Below, in pieces: positions 1 through 12,592 of a stretch of DNA of 64,000 nt. Position 1 is the stretch's first letter, and every line of letters starts with the position of its first letter. The notes below the pieces were generated by a model, which ran no database searches, had not been told where the DNA came from, and saw only the letters and a list, made by a program, of their open reading frames with translations. Origin of the DNA: Eledone cirrhosa (lineage: Eukaryota); assembly GCA_964016885.1 (NCBI GenBank), contig OZ024746.1, positions 9,920,001 to 9,984,000 on the forward strand. Direction: 5' to 3'. The translations under genes were made by a program, and so were the position numbers.

Positions 1-183
1 AATTTAAAATTTTAGAACACTTTAAGTATGCAACGTTTTTTCTTACTCACAAATTCTCTAATGAATTCATTACGTTTTCGCACTCTCACACAAATATTAT
101 ATAAGCAAAATTTTTCTATCGCGTAATCACTACTTTCATTAAATCTTAACCATTTAACATCTCAGGATATGTCATGTATCATT

Positions 184-240
184 ATATTTTGTCTGATGAG
201 GACGTACAGTTGTACATCTGAAATATGTATAATAAAATGT
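184..240 (+). ncRNA. Minimal type-I hammerhead ribozyme motif
   Basis: Stem I ATATTTTGT/ATAAAATGT; CTGATGA; stem II GGACGTACA-GT-TGTACATCT; GAAA; loop III TATGTA; TA. Confidence 0.7.
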
Positions 241-1600
241 AATTGATCAAAAGAACATCTATTTTATTAATATTTATATTAATAACTCCTGAAAATTATT
301 TTCAGTTGAGTGCTTCCAATCTACTGTAAAACTCATTCTTTGACATAATCATCGAATATTGTTTAACAACTTAATACTTATATATATATATATATATATA
401 CCGTCTAACCCATGCTAGCGTGGAAGATGGACGTTAAACGATGATGATGATGATGATGAAATATATATATGTAGTTCCAGATAAATAAGATGAATACAGA
501 GATAAAATAGCTTCACATTTGTTGGAAAAGTAAAATGAATTTACTAATATTCTTTTACTGGTTTCAGTCATTTGTGTGTGGCAGAGGTATTGATTTGAAT
601 TGATTTAGTCAATCATATCGAATTCAGTATTTATTTTTCCAGGTCTGGAAAATATTATTGATCACTTTTTACAAAACCTCTAGGTTCAACATAAAGAAAC
701 ACAGCTATACATCATCATCACCATCACCACCATCACCACCACCATCATCACCACCACCACCACCATCACCATCATCACTACCACAACCACTGCTTAACGT
801 CCATTTTTCCCATGCTAGCATGGGTTAGAGTGAGATGAGTTGTCCCATTGTGCAACTAGCCAGATAAGATGACCATGGCTTTCTCATTCAGAAATATATA
901 TATACTAAACTTAAGATACATAAGTTTGTTCTCCTTTTAAACGTATTACAAATCAATATGAGTTTTGATGTATCTTCATGCCTAAAAGCATTCCTCTGCA
1001 GGAATAATTATACCATTATTGGGTAAGTTCAATTTGCTGTTGTAGAGATTGGACTTTGCTCCAGAAACAGCATTAAAGACAATAATGTTTCTTCTCTGAG
1101 GATTCTGAAGTGCATGAGCCTTATAATAATATATATATCGATACACATATATATCGACCTGTTGTATTGTAATTGTACTTATAGATGAAATACTGTGTAA
1201 GGAGTAAATCTTGTTTTTAAATGTATTGCCTTCTCCTCCATTTATTTTTGCTTATATGTATATATATATATATAGTGTATCAGTTCCCGTATGGGCAAGA
1301 CAAGGTCACCCTTCCTGGCATTTCCCACAAAAAGACAACCCATGCTAGCATGGAAGAATGGACGTAAAACAGTGATGATGATGATAATGTGATTCAGTGA
1401 ATTGCAGGTGGTGATACCAAAACAAGCTCTCGATACACAGGCAGAGTGTATGTATTGATAAAAACTTTGTCAGATCACCAGTCTGAATAGCAGATCAGTA
1501 ATGGATCAGGTCCATAACTTCTATGTGACCCATACACAATAAAAAAACTAACTACATGTATACAAAACTACATCATTTTTATCAATATATATATATATAT

Positions 1601-4016
1601 CATCATCATCATCATCATCACCGTTTTACGTCCGTTCTTCCACGCTAGCATGGGTTAGACGGGTTGTCCTGTTGTGGGCAGTGTCTGGTCGGCTGACCAT
1701 GCCTTGCTCATACAGGAACTGATCTGGCTTGATTTCTACAGCTGGATGCCCTTCCTAACACCAACCTCATTTACAGTGAGTGCTGGGTGCTTTTTCGTGG
1801 CGCCTACACGTCCACTTTACAGTGTGGGCTGGGTGCTTTTTTGCCGTGGCACCTCCACGACCACCTTGCGGTGGGGGGGGGGGGCATATTGTTTATATGC
1901 TTCAGCATGTACCCATGGGAGGTCGGGTACCCTGTATTACTGCGTGACGCCAGAAGTCACGGTCGTGTGTCATTGACTTTGAGAGGTGTAGTTGGGTAAG
2001 GTCGGCTTTTATCACCTCATCCCAAGTCATCTTGGGTCTCCCCACTCCGCGGTTTCCATCAACTTCTAGTGCTCTGCACCTTTTTATGCAGCTGTCATCC
2101 TTCATACGCATCACATGTCCATACCAGCGTAACCGCCTCTCCTGCACGCAGCATTTGATTCCTCTTATACTCAGTCTCTCTCTCAATTCATTTATGCTTT
2201 GTCGTTCACGTATATTACTGTTACACATCCATCGGAGCATGCAGGCTTCGTTTCTCTCTAATCTACGTAAGTCTTCCACCTTCAGCGCCCAGGTCTCACT
2301 ACCATGCAACATCGCTGTTCGGATACACGCATCATACAGTCTGCCTTTCATTCTGAGGGAGAAGCCTTTTGCAGCTAGCAGTGGTAGTAGTTCCCTAAAC
2401 TTCTTCCATCCCGTTCTTACCCTAGTTATTGTACTTTCTGAGCACCCACCTCCGTTGCTAATTCGGTCACCTAGGTAGCAGAAGCTGTCTACTGTTTCTA
2501 CAGGGCCCTCCCAGAGATTGGTGGTACTTGTTTCCTGTGGCTGTTTGCTTGCTGTTTCAGCACAGCTGCTGCATGTGAATCCTACATTCTTAATTAAGCT
2601 TCCTGAGATCCCGCTACATCTCTTGTGTACCCATTGTTTGCATTTGGGGCAAAGAATGGAGTTCCTACCTACACCTTTCCTACATACTGAGCAAGGCCAT
2701 TTCCCTGAGGGGATCTGGGTTCTGTTTTCTCGTCTACTTATAAGGACCTTAGTCTTTGTCATGTTGACTTTGAGGCCCTTTCTCTCTAGTCCCTGCTTCC
2801 AGGTTTGGAATTTATTCTCTAGTTCTACCATAGATTCAGCTATGAGTGCGAGGTCATCAGCATACAGGAGTTCCCATGGGCATCCGGTCTTAAACTCCTC
2901 CGTTATTGCCTGCAGGACTATGATGAACAGGAGAGGGCTAAGAACAGAGCCCTGGTGGACCCCAACCTGTACGCTAAATTCCTCGCTATACTCATTGCCA
3001 ATCCTAACTTTGCTGACTGCTCCCCTATACATGGCTTGTACCGCTTTAACAAGCCATTCATCTACTCCTAGTTTTCTAAGAGCCCACCAGATTACTGCAC
3101 GTGGAACTCTGTCAAAGGCTTTCTCAAGGTCGACAAATGCCAAGTAGAGTGGCTTACTTTTAGCTAGGTACTTTTCCTGTAATTGCCTCACAAGGAAGAG
3201 CGCATCAGTGGTGCCTTTCCCTGGAACAAACCCAAATTGCATCTCGTCTATATTCACCCGGTCCCTAATCAGCTGTGCTATAACTCTTTCTGTTACTTTC
3301 ATGACCTGGTCCATCAACTTTATACCTCTATAGTTTCCTCTATCTAGTGCATCGCCTTTACCTTTGTAGCAGTTGACAATGATGCTACTGCACCAATCTT
3401 TTGGTATGGCCCCCTCTAGTATTACCTGGTTAACGATACGTGTGGTTATAGTGTGACCTACAGACCCAGATGCCTTCAGCATCTCGGCAGCTATACCCGA
3501 TGGACCGGTTGCCTTCCCTATCTTCATATCTCTGATTGCCTTACTTACTACGCTGCCGCTGACTTGTACTGCTGGTCCCTCTATAGGGTCTACGTGGGGT
3601 AGGGTCTCTTCTTCCCATGCATTCTCCTCATTTAGTAATCTATCATAATGACTCTTCCATGCATCTTTCTTCTCAGCACTTGTGAGGGCAAGCTCACCTT
3701 TATCATTCCGGATACACTTCTCTCCAATGACATCACAACTATCTCTGACACACTGCCTCGCAATCTTGAATACCTCCTGTTTCTGGTCCTCACGTTGTAA
3801 AACATGCTTGAATTTTCTATCCTCTGCTTCCCTCCTAGCTAAGTATACTTGTCGCCTAGCTTCCCTCTTGGTCTCTATGTAATGTACCCTGCTCCCCCCG
3901 TTCTTCCATTCTTTCCATGCCTGTCTCTTGGCCTTGACTGCTTCATCTACCTTATTGTTCCACCACCAAGTCACTCTCCTCCTGCTTGAGGTCTTACTCC
4001 AGCCACAAACCTCATC
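1601..4016 (-). mobile_element. RTE-clade LINE, family A, 5'-truncated copy 1
   Basis: Open frame 4016->1902 with RT motifs; ~300-nt 3' UTR ending in CCATGCTAGCGTGG...(GAT)n; (TA)n on both sides. Confidence 0.93.
1902..4016 (-). CDS. RTE ORF fragment (linker + reverse transcriptase + Cys/His finger + C-terminus); endonuclease missing
   Basis: NYRGIKL, QFGF, FVDLEKAFD, GVHQGSVLSPLLF, LLYADD, LHGSETW, RLRWYGHV. The track's start at 4040 lies in or beyond the TA run and is not a real start. Confidence 0.85.
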   Translation of the reverse strand, partial: DEVCGWSKTSSRRRVTWWWNNKVDEAVKAKRQAWKEWKNGGSRVHYIETKREARRQVYLARREAEDRKFKHVLQREDQKQEVFKIARQCVRDSCDVIGEKCIRNDKGELALTSAEKKDAWKSHYDRLLNEENAWEEETLPHVDPIEGPAVQVSGSVVSKAIRDMKIGKATGPSGIAAEMLKASGSVGHTITTRIVNQVILEGAIPKDWCSSIIVNCYKGKGDALDRGNYRGIKLMDQVMKVTERVIAQLIRDRVNIDEMQFGFVPGKGTTDALFLVRQLQEKYLAKSKPLYLAFVDLEKAFDRVPRAVIWWALRKLGVDEWLVKAVQAMYRGAVSKVRIGNEYSEEFSVQVGVHQGSVLSPLLFIIVLQAITEEFKTGCPWELLYADDLALIAESMVELENKFQTWKQGLERKGLKVNMTKTKVLISRRENRTQIPSGKWPCSVCRKGVGRNSILCPKCKQWVHKRCSGISGSLIKNVGFTCSSCAETASKQPQETSTTNLWEGPVETVDSFCYLGDRISNGGGCSESTITRVRTGWKKFRELLPLLAAKGFSLRMKGRLYDACIRTAMLHGSETWALKVEDLRRLERNEACMLRWMCNSNIRERQSINELRERLSIRGIKCCVQERRLRWYGHVMRMKDDSCIKRCRALEVDGNRGVGRPKMTWDEVIKADLTQLHLSKSMTHDRDFWRHAVIQGTRPPMGTC

Positions 4017-4221
4017 ATATATATATATATATATAAACAATGAGTTATTTAGTTTGTTGATTATTCAACAGATTAGAAGCACTCAACGGATTTTTATCCG
4101 GAGTATCATTAATATCAATAATATTAATAAATGGAAAATATCTTTATAAAACCATATTTATTATGAACTTATAACATGAAGTTCACATGAAGATATGTCT
4201 CTATCTTTACACCAATTATTG

Positions 4222-4292
4222 TATTTTATCTGACGAAAATATTGGTATTGGTACTAAAATATTGGTACCCTTGAAATACGTATAATAAAATA
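4222..4292 (+). ncRNA. Minimal hammerhead motif with disrupted stem II base
   Basis: Stem I TATTTTAT/ATAAAATA (8 bp perfect); CTGACGA; internal hairpin GGTACTAA-AATA-TTGGTACC; GAAA-TACGTA-TA. Confidence 0.6.
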
Positions 4293-4897
4293 AATATGGT
4301 TTTATAAAGATATTTTCCATTTATTAATATTATTGATATTATATATATATATATATATTTACTAAAGTTTTCGAGATATTTTACTCTAAAATGTGATTGG
4401 AGATGTCTGATTGAACTAGGCATATTTTTATATTTGGCGGAAGAGCAAATACTGAGTGAGGCAAAGAATTTAAGATTTATAGTATATGTTTGGTTCCAAA
4501 CTGTCAGTAGAATTGCCAAAAGTAAAGAAATAAGTAAATTAAATAAATAAATAAAATAAAATTATGTTAAATATAGTATGACTAATAAAGAAATGCATCA
4601 CACGGAGAGGTTCGATACTGCATATGTGAGTTATGATTTCAAGATACACAGTATTGATTGTGCCTTAATGCAGTAATCTGTTATTTATTCATCTATGTCT
4701 TTATATGTGCCTGTGCATGTTTAAGCGAGTGAGTGTGTGTGTGTGTGTGTGTGTGTTCATGCGTGTGCAAAATGAAAGTAGACAGTAAACCTTAATGAGT
4801 CATTGATTTGCAACTAAAAACTTCATTTTGATATTGTATATCAGGGATAAGTCCCACTAGTGAACTCTAGCCCTCTCCAAGGTTATGTGTGTGTATA

Positions 4898-4928
<31 letters not shown>

Positions 4929-5378
4929 GCACAGATACACACACACACACACACACATATGTGTGTATATATATATAAATATGATGATGATGATATATGC
5001 ATAGATACACATACACACACACACATATGTGTGTGTGTATATATATATATATATAAGGGCAGTGAATTAGCAGAGTCATCATTAGAACATCAAATAGAAT
5101 GTTTCTTAGTATTCGTTCCAGTTTACCATGCTCTGAGTTCAAGTCCCGCCAAGGCCAATTTGCCTTTCCTCTTTTTTAGGCCGATAAAATACCAGCCCAG
5201 TGCTGTGGTTGATGCTTCCTCTGTATCTCTCTCCCTCTTTCTCTAAGAAATTAGCTGTGTTCAGACTTGGAGAGGTGGGGCCGTTCAGGTTTACATGTCC
5301 AAGACATGCCATATAGCACTATAGCACACATACAACTTAATCAATTGTTAAGAGCCCATGAACACAGACACACACATT

Positions 5379-5652
5379 CATCATCATCATCATCATCATC
5401 ATTTCATTTTACGTCCGCTTTTCCCTGCTTGCAAGGGTGGGACGGGAACTGATGCTGGCTTGATTTCTACAGCTGGATGCCCTTCCTAACACCAACCTCA
5501 TTTACAGTGAGTGCTGGGCGCTTTTTTGCCGTGGCACCTCCACGACCACTTTGCAGTGGAATGATAGGGACCCCAGTCCCTATCATCTCATTTCTACAGC
5601 TGAGTAAACTGGAACAATGTGAAATAAAGTGTCTTGCTCAAGGAAACAACAC

Positions 5653-5653
<1 letters not shown>
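5379..5653 (-). mobile_element. Same SINE family, head lost
   Basis: Colinear with 16234-16485; ends at a TA run. Confidence 0.82.
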
Positions 5654-5709
<56 letters not shown>

Positions 5710-5950
5710 CAGTATAAGTTTGGTAGAAATATGCAAAGGTAAGAGCACTCAATACATAGCCTGAGTGAAGTATAATGAGTTACAACAGTGATATATACAG
5801 GTACTTAAGTTTCATTGGGTTTAACCCTACGAAACTTAAGTACCTGTATATATATCACTGTTAAGCGTTAACCTAATATATACCTTCCATATGCTGTATC
5901 GATTGTGTTGTTATTTCTGTTTACCTTTTACATACATATATATATATATA

Positions 5951-6260
5951 TATTGTTATACTTGGGGAGGGTCATATTAGTGTAATATTGCCAGAATTAA
6001 TAACAGAACATACTCACTGTTTGGTTGGTTTTCGCTTTTCGCTTCTGTGTCTTTTATATCGGTAATCTAATTTATTCGGTCTTCAATGTTGCCATTGACT
6101 GACCAACGGTCAAAAATAATACAGATACAATATAGACACAAACACATATATATAGTTTATCAAAGTTCTTTCGTTGCACATCTGCAACATCGTCAGAGGT
6201 GCTATTGTTTCCTCCCGTTACATTGTATGTCTACGCCATTTTTATTTAGTCTGTCTATCA
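5951..6260. repeat. Dispersed repeat (second copy 51911-52205), probable Penelope-like terminus
   Basis: Both copies start TATTGTTATACTTGGGGAGGGTCAT after a TA run. The minus strand carries CTGACGA-T-GTTGCA-GATG-TGCAAC-GAAA. Confidence 0.6.
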
Positions 6261-9200
6261 GATAAACAGACTAAATAAAAATGGCGTAGACATATATATA
6301 TATAAATATAGGAAAATGTTCAAGACCCTGACGGCAGAGCTCAATCCGTTTCGACAGCTATTTCTGCGTCCAGAAATAGCTGTCAAAATGGGTTGAACTC
6401 TGCCTTCGGGGTCTTGAACATTTTTCTATTACCCACTCTACTACCGTAAGTATTGAGTACTCTGGTGCGTTATGGTCCACCTGGTTCCTTACTGCACTTC
6501 CTTTATTATATATATATATATATATATTAATTTATGAACCCCACTCCACCCCGAGAAGATGAATAGTAAAATTAACCTCGATGGAATTTGAACTCAGAAT
6601 GCAAGGAGCTGGAATAAAAACCACATTTTGTCCAGCACTCTTATGATTCTGCCTATTTGTTACAAAAGAAAAAATGATTTAAATTAGTGTTGTTTGTGAT
6701 GATGGTTAGTTAAATGTTAACTACTAAATGTTGTGGTTTCTATTATCATTGCCAGAATATACTTTGTCATAATAAATTTAATTTTAGCATTTTCTTTTCC
6801 ATTGATTCTCATTTAAGAATAAAGCAGTTAAAATTTTCATTTTGTTGCAATTTAGCTTTTCCTAAATGGTTGAGCAAATTTAAGGAGTATTTCAAACTGT
6901 CAATATCTAAATACCTTTTAAAGAAATAGTTGTTGCGTGGTTTCAAGTAATTTTCTGTCAACTTCAGTTTTTAAACGAAATTTATTTAGAATATGAGATT
7001 TTTAACATGTGTCATTATTATCAAATTATTATGAGGTAAATTATTGTTTCTGTCATGTGTCAACGTTTGTCTTTTTTACTATTCTTCATTTTGAAAGTTC
7101 TTTAGATATATTTATATTCTATTATAGAAATGTCATAGATGTAAGGTTTAATTTTTCCATTTTATTTTAGTTGTTGATGTTAATGTATTTTGTTTTTAAT
7201 TTATGTTATTTTACTAGGTTGTTATTTCACAGAACTGAGAAATTTTAAGTTATATCAAGTCAAAGTTATTAATGATAGTAGATAATAATGAAGTACCCAT
7301 CAAAAATGACAGGGTTTATTTCTGTCTTCTATCAATAATTATTGATACAATTAGATCAAGCCTTTTGATCCATTTTTTTTTGTGTGTGTATTTGTTTCAT
7401 TTTGTTTTCTTTCGATTGTTTTTCATCTCTCATTCTTATTTCCATCCCTGTCTGCTCACACATCTGCCTATTTTGTTACCTTTTTTCCCTTCTACTCTGT
7501 CAATATCCAGCTTATCTAGTTTTATCCATAATCTCCCTCTCTTTATAGTAGCCTTTTTATCTCTTTTACACTTCTCTCAACACAGCCACTGCTTTCTCCT
7601 TCCAACATGAAACCAACCAACAACAAAAATAAGATTAATGTAAATTGGTATTTTATATATTTTAGGTTATCACTATATCCCATAAATGTTATGTCAGTTC
7701 CTGAACATCAGCTAAGCTATTAAGTTGTTTGTTAGAATCATGTTAGTGAAATGAAAGTATGACAAAAACAAAACACATTTTCAGTAATATCATTCTATAA
7801 CCCACAATCTAAGATCAAATATATTCATCTATAATACACATCTTTATCAATTTATTTGTTCTTGCTCTCTGCACTCCGAGTTCAAATCACACTAAAGTTA
7901 GCATCGCCTTTAATCCTTGATAAAATAAAGAACCAGTTCACAGCAGTAGATTGGTAGGCATGTTAGAGGTCTGAATTGTTTCTTGTCCTTCCTCTTTGAC
8001 TAAGCAATAAAAGATTATGTTCATATCAACTGAAGCTGTCTCTCTCTTTGTTCACTTAACCTACCACTATATGGATTCACATATTCTTAGCTTCCTTTAA
8101 ATGTGTTTGTGTGCAAGTATACATGTGGACATGTGTGCATGAGTTTATATGCCAATGAGAATGTGTGAGATGTGTTTGTGTGTGTGTATCTATGTGCCAA
8201 TTGAAGATAATGAAAATATGTATAAGATAGATAGAAAGTAATGTATGAGAGAGAGAATGAATGTGTTTGTATGCATGTGTGTCAAAGAGAGATAGAAAAA
8301 GAGAATGTGTACCATCATGTGTGTGTGTGAGTCTGGATGTGTGCAAATGATCTTATTTGAAATTCTATCTTGTAACTGCATCATTAAATCAATATGTAAC
8401 CCATTACTCAGGTGGAATAGAAAGCAATATTGATATAAGTCTGGCCAGGAAGCATGATGGACACATGATAAGCTATGTAAAGTTCAGCTTGAGCACTGAA
8501 TGGGTTCCTCTACACACGCAGGCTGCTAACATGCATCAGGATATTGTAATCTTGTAGCTTACGTAATATTTCAATGAACTTTAATGAGCTACTACTATAA
8601 ATACTTAAATGAGGCAATGATGAAGCCTCCAATGATACAATCAATGAGGAATGTTCTACTTGGTTGCTCAACCTGCTTGAAATAGCAACCAAATCTCCCT
8701 CAAATTAAATTTCACTATATTAAAAAAGGAAGGACAAACTGGATTATATAGTCCTAGAAATTAAGACAGTGTAGCTGTAGTTATAATGCCTTTAATCATG
8801 TGTCTGTCCAATGAAAGTTTACCTAAGGCTATACAAATATAATATAAACTGAAATGTAAAGTTTAGATTTTAGAAATTAGGACTGTCAAATTTAGTTTTT
8901 TTCCTTTTAATCAAAGGATTATGTCCTTTGTTTTGTTTGAGAATAACTTTGTTTTGACTAAATATTTTGATTCCTATGTAATTAATTATGTAGGAGTTAT
9001 TTCCTCTTAGTAGTTAATATTGTACGATTTCTACAGCTCTGGGGTTAATTCTAAATTTATGATAAAAATAACTGTACAATATACATTCCAATAACGAAAC
9101 AAAAAAAAAGAAGGAAAAGGAGAAAACGAGTAAGATAAAAGAATTAAGCAACAAAAGAAAAAGAGAGGGAGAAACGACAGACTCTACACCAGTGTTTCAG

Positions 9201-10429
9201 CTGCACCCTGCAGACAAAATGGCAAAGGTATTGCTGTGGAGAATGGTCACCATTTAAATTATATAATATTTATGATTTTTAAAAGGAACAAATTAGTAAG
9301 AAATAAACTCATAGAGAAAATAGAGATATAAAAATGTGAAAAACAGTCACACATTGTACCAGAAAATGTCAGTTTTCCCTGTAAACAATTTTGAGGTATT
9401 ACTATGGATAATATCTATGGTTCCATAACTCCTGGTAGTCGATGGGGCGCCATATTAACATACAGCATTTCTGGGGCATTTTAAGCCTAGTGGAACCAGG
9501 TCTGAGTACAGCAGATTTCTTCTGGGGAGAGGAAGAATTGAACCCAGTACCAGACTGGTACTTGTTTTATCGATCTCAAAAGTATGAAAGGCAAAGTTGA
9601 CCTTGGTGGGATTTAAACTCTGAGAGCCAGAACAAATACCATAAAGCATTCTATCTGACATTCTAATGACTCTGCCAATTTGCCGCCTAATCAGTGATAG
9701 TGAAGCTAAATCTCTGGAATAGTCAAACATCTTCATAAGCATCATCTGATACTTTTATTTTTTTATTATATTTTTTAGCTAGTGTTGTTATTTTTATGTG
9801 AAAATAAGGATATCTCAAAGTATGAATAGACCTACTTGTAAGTGTAAAGATGTATTTATGTTGTTTGGTATAACAGTCATTACTTAATCTAACTCAGTTT
9901 GTAATATAGATTTGGCATATTCTCAATATATATCTTCAGACAATATGTTTGAAATAAAAATAGAATAGTTGATATTGCTTTTTTAATCTTCTAGAAATTA
10001 GAAATAAAAGACTGCTTGTAGTGAGGAAATATCAAATTAAATGAAATTTTGAATAGAAAACTAGATACATTTATTGCTTAAAATATGAAGCACAAAGATT
10101 GATGCTTTCAACCATTTCATGACCATAATCTTCATGAAATATTTTATCTAAAGGTTTCAATTAATTTTTCAACTAGTCCATAATTTTGAGGGATATAGTA
10201 AAATAAATAACTTTTTCATGATTAAGTTGATATTTGAAATATAACTTAACAAAAGCCACTTCCATAAAATTATGATGGAAAGTTCTGATATGAATGTGAA
10301 CAGTTTAAAATTTAAAACTTGTGTATGATAACCAGAGGCAGTCTTAGATAGTTTTGTATCAAAAGGCTAAATCAAGGATTAAAAAAAAACTATGGTTTAT
10401 TTAAAGTAGAAGAGAAACAGTATCATCTT

Positions 10430-10612
10430 CTACTTGCTAGAAATAACAGCTAAATCTCCCTCAAATTAAAACTTTAATTAAAACTCACTGCTTTAAAAAA
10501 GAACATACAGTAGATACTGTAATCTACTGCTCACTAAAAAAGGATGGGTCAGTTAGGGGTGGAATGCATTTAATCATAGATCTGCTCAGGCAGAGCTGAC
10601 TTGGGGCTAATC
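10430..10612 (+). repeat. Representative of an unclassified ~200-bp dispersed repeat. Other copies: ~8660, 11730, 14225, 39115, 54440 (+); 15675, 21600, 22040, 26130, 55690, 58060 (-)
   Basis: Shared (C)TTGCTAGAAATAGCAGCCAAATCTCCCTCAAAT ... GGCTGGAATGC ... GACCTGGGGCTAAACAA blocks. Confidence 0.65.
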
Positions 10613-12179
10613 AGAAGTTTCCAGAATGTTAGAAAGTTTTTGAACATAGGCATGATACAAGTGATTAAAAGTATTTAGTTGAAACAATTAATGTTAACAT
10701 TTGATGAATACATTTCATTGAAGATAGGTTTTATCTACTCAGACAAGGATGGATTAAACATTAAGCAAATTAATCACATGCTTAGGATGTCAAGGGGAAA
10801 ACAGCACCATTTTATTCAAATTATATGTATTTGTCATTTGAAGAAAAGTTTGCAGACTTTATATATCAGATGGGGTGGGGCATAATCGTTTAAGTGCTTA
10901 AGACTTCAGATGGACTTAACCCAGACCTGTGCACAGAAGTATATGAAATTAATGGTTATTTAAAAGGGCAATGATGAAGAAGAGAAATAGTTGTGGTGAT
11001 AAAAAGAGTAATTTAGAAAACCACAGCAATGTAGTTGATAGAAGATACTAAATATAAAAAAGAATAAGAACAAAGATTGAACATTTAACCAAAAAAAAAT
11101 CCATTAAAAATCCTTATATTTGGGGTAAAAAATAATGGGCTCTCTTTAAAGTATAAAAAGAACAAGAGAATGTCTGGCTGCTTTATTGGTGTGTCAAGCC
11201 TATATGAGATAAAATTTAAAGTAGGTAGAGTAAGGGTTTGAGAATTATATTGACACATCCCTATGGGATATTTCCCATAAATGAGTTTCAAGTATCCAAG
11301 TAATTAGTTTCAGCTCTAAATTTTAGAAGTACAACAATTTATGAGAAACCTGAGTTGGCTTTCATTTCCATCAAACTATATAACATCTGTCTTTCAGCCT
11401 CCTCCAAAGTTCATTTGCATCAAAGATTGCTTCATGTTCCTGCATGCCCTACATTCAAGAAGTGTATTCTTCTGACCTATCCATTTGACAGCTAATTTCA
11501 CTTATCTCAAGCATTCAAGGTGGTATAAAATGATAAGAAATTATAACCTTTTACAAATCACTGACATTCATCTATCTTTAACGATTGCCAGTTGTTCATA
11601 TGTCAGTTCTTCTAAGACCTTACTCCTCTTCATATCTAGGTTTTCTTATAGTACTTTTCCAAAGGTATCTTGTTCTTCTAGCTGTTTGTCATGCAAGTGA
11701 TACTTTGAACCAACAAACACTATCTTTACAATTGCTCAACCTGCTAGAAACAGCAGCAAAAATCTACCTCATATCAGACTCCTATATAAAGAAGGATATG
11801 AAAGATACATTAAATTATGTAGTCCCTGATATTCAAAAGGACAAGATAGTCATTGCTCAAAATCTTTGGATCATAGATATGCTCAACCAGAGTTAAGCTG
11901 AAGCTAAACAACATTAACTAGTTATGTTTTCTGTTGAATCCTTTGTTTGTTATTTGTTTCATTTTATTTTGCATTGCATTTTCTGAACAGTAGCCTCATT
12001 GGTTATGGGTTTCCAAAGGTTCTGTCACTGATTTAATGTACTTACATTGGCAAAAGTAACAAAGGGAAGAGACTCTGTGCCACTCATTCAAACGAACACT
12101 ACTGAATATATCTTGTTTCAAAGCACCAGTTTATCAGGTTTTTTTACAGATGTTTACATCATATTATCGTTCACATAGA

Positions 12180-12258
12180 CAGGGTGTCCAAAAAACATTT
12201 ATACACACTTCAACAGCATTCTAATCAAAGTGTATATACATTTTTTGGAGACACCTTG
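12180..12258. mobile_element. Tiny Tc1/mariner-like hairpin MITE
   Basis: CAGGGTGTCCAAAAAA...TATACAC / GTGTATA...TTTTTTGGAGACACCTTG-TA. Confidence 0.6.
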
Positions 12259-12592
12259 TAGATACACACACACACATACACACACATACACACATACACA
12301 CATGTATATATGATGTGCTTCCACAAAGTTTCCAACTACCCAGTTTCATTCATAAGGTATTGGTCAACTTAAGATGATAGTAAAAGACACTAGTCCAAAG
12401 TGATACATAGGGGAATCAAACTCAGAGCCATATGGCTGCAAAGCCAACTTCTTAACTACACAGTTATTACCTATTTGATATAATCTTATCTATCGATTAG
12501 ACTGAGACAAATTGGCAGCTTCTTGTTAAATGAGTCATTATCATATATTTATTGGTTAACTTTCTCCATCAAATCCAGTATTCTTTGTCTTC

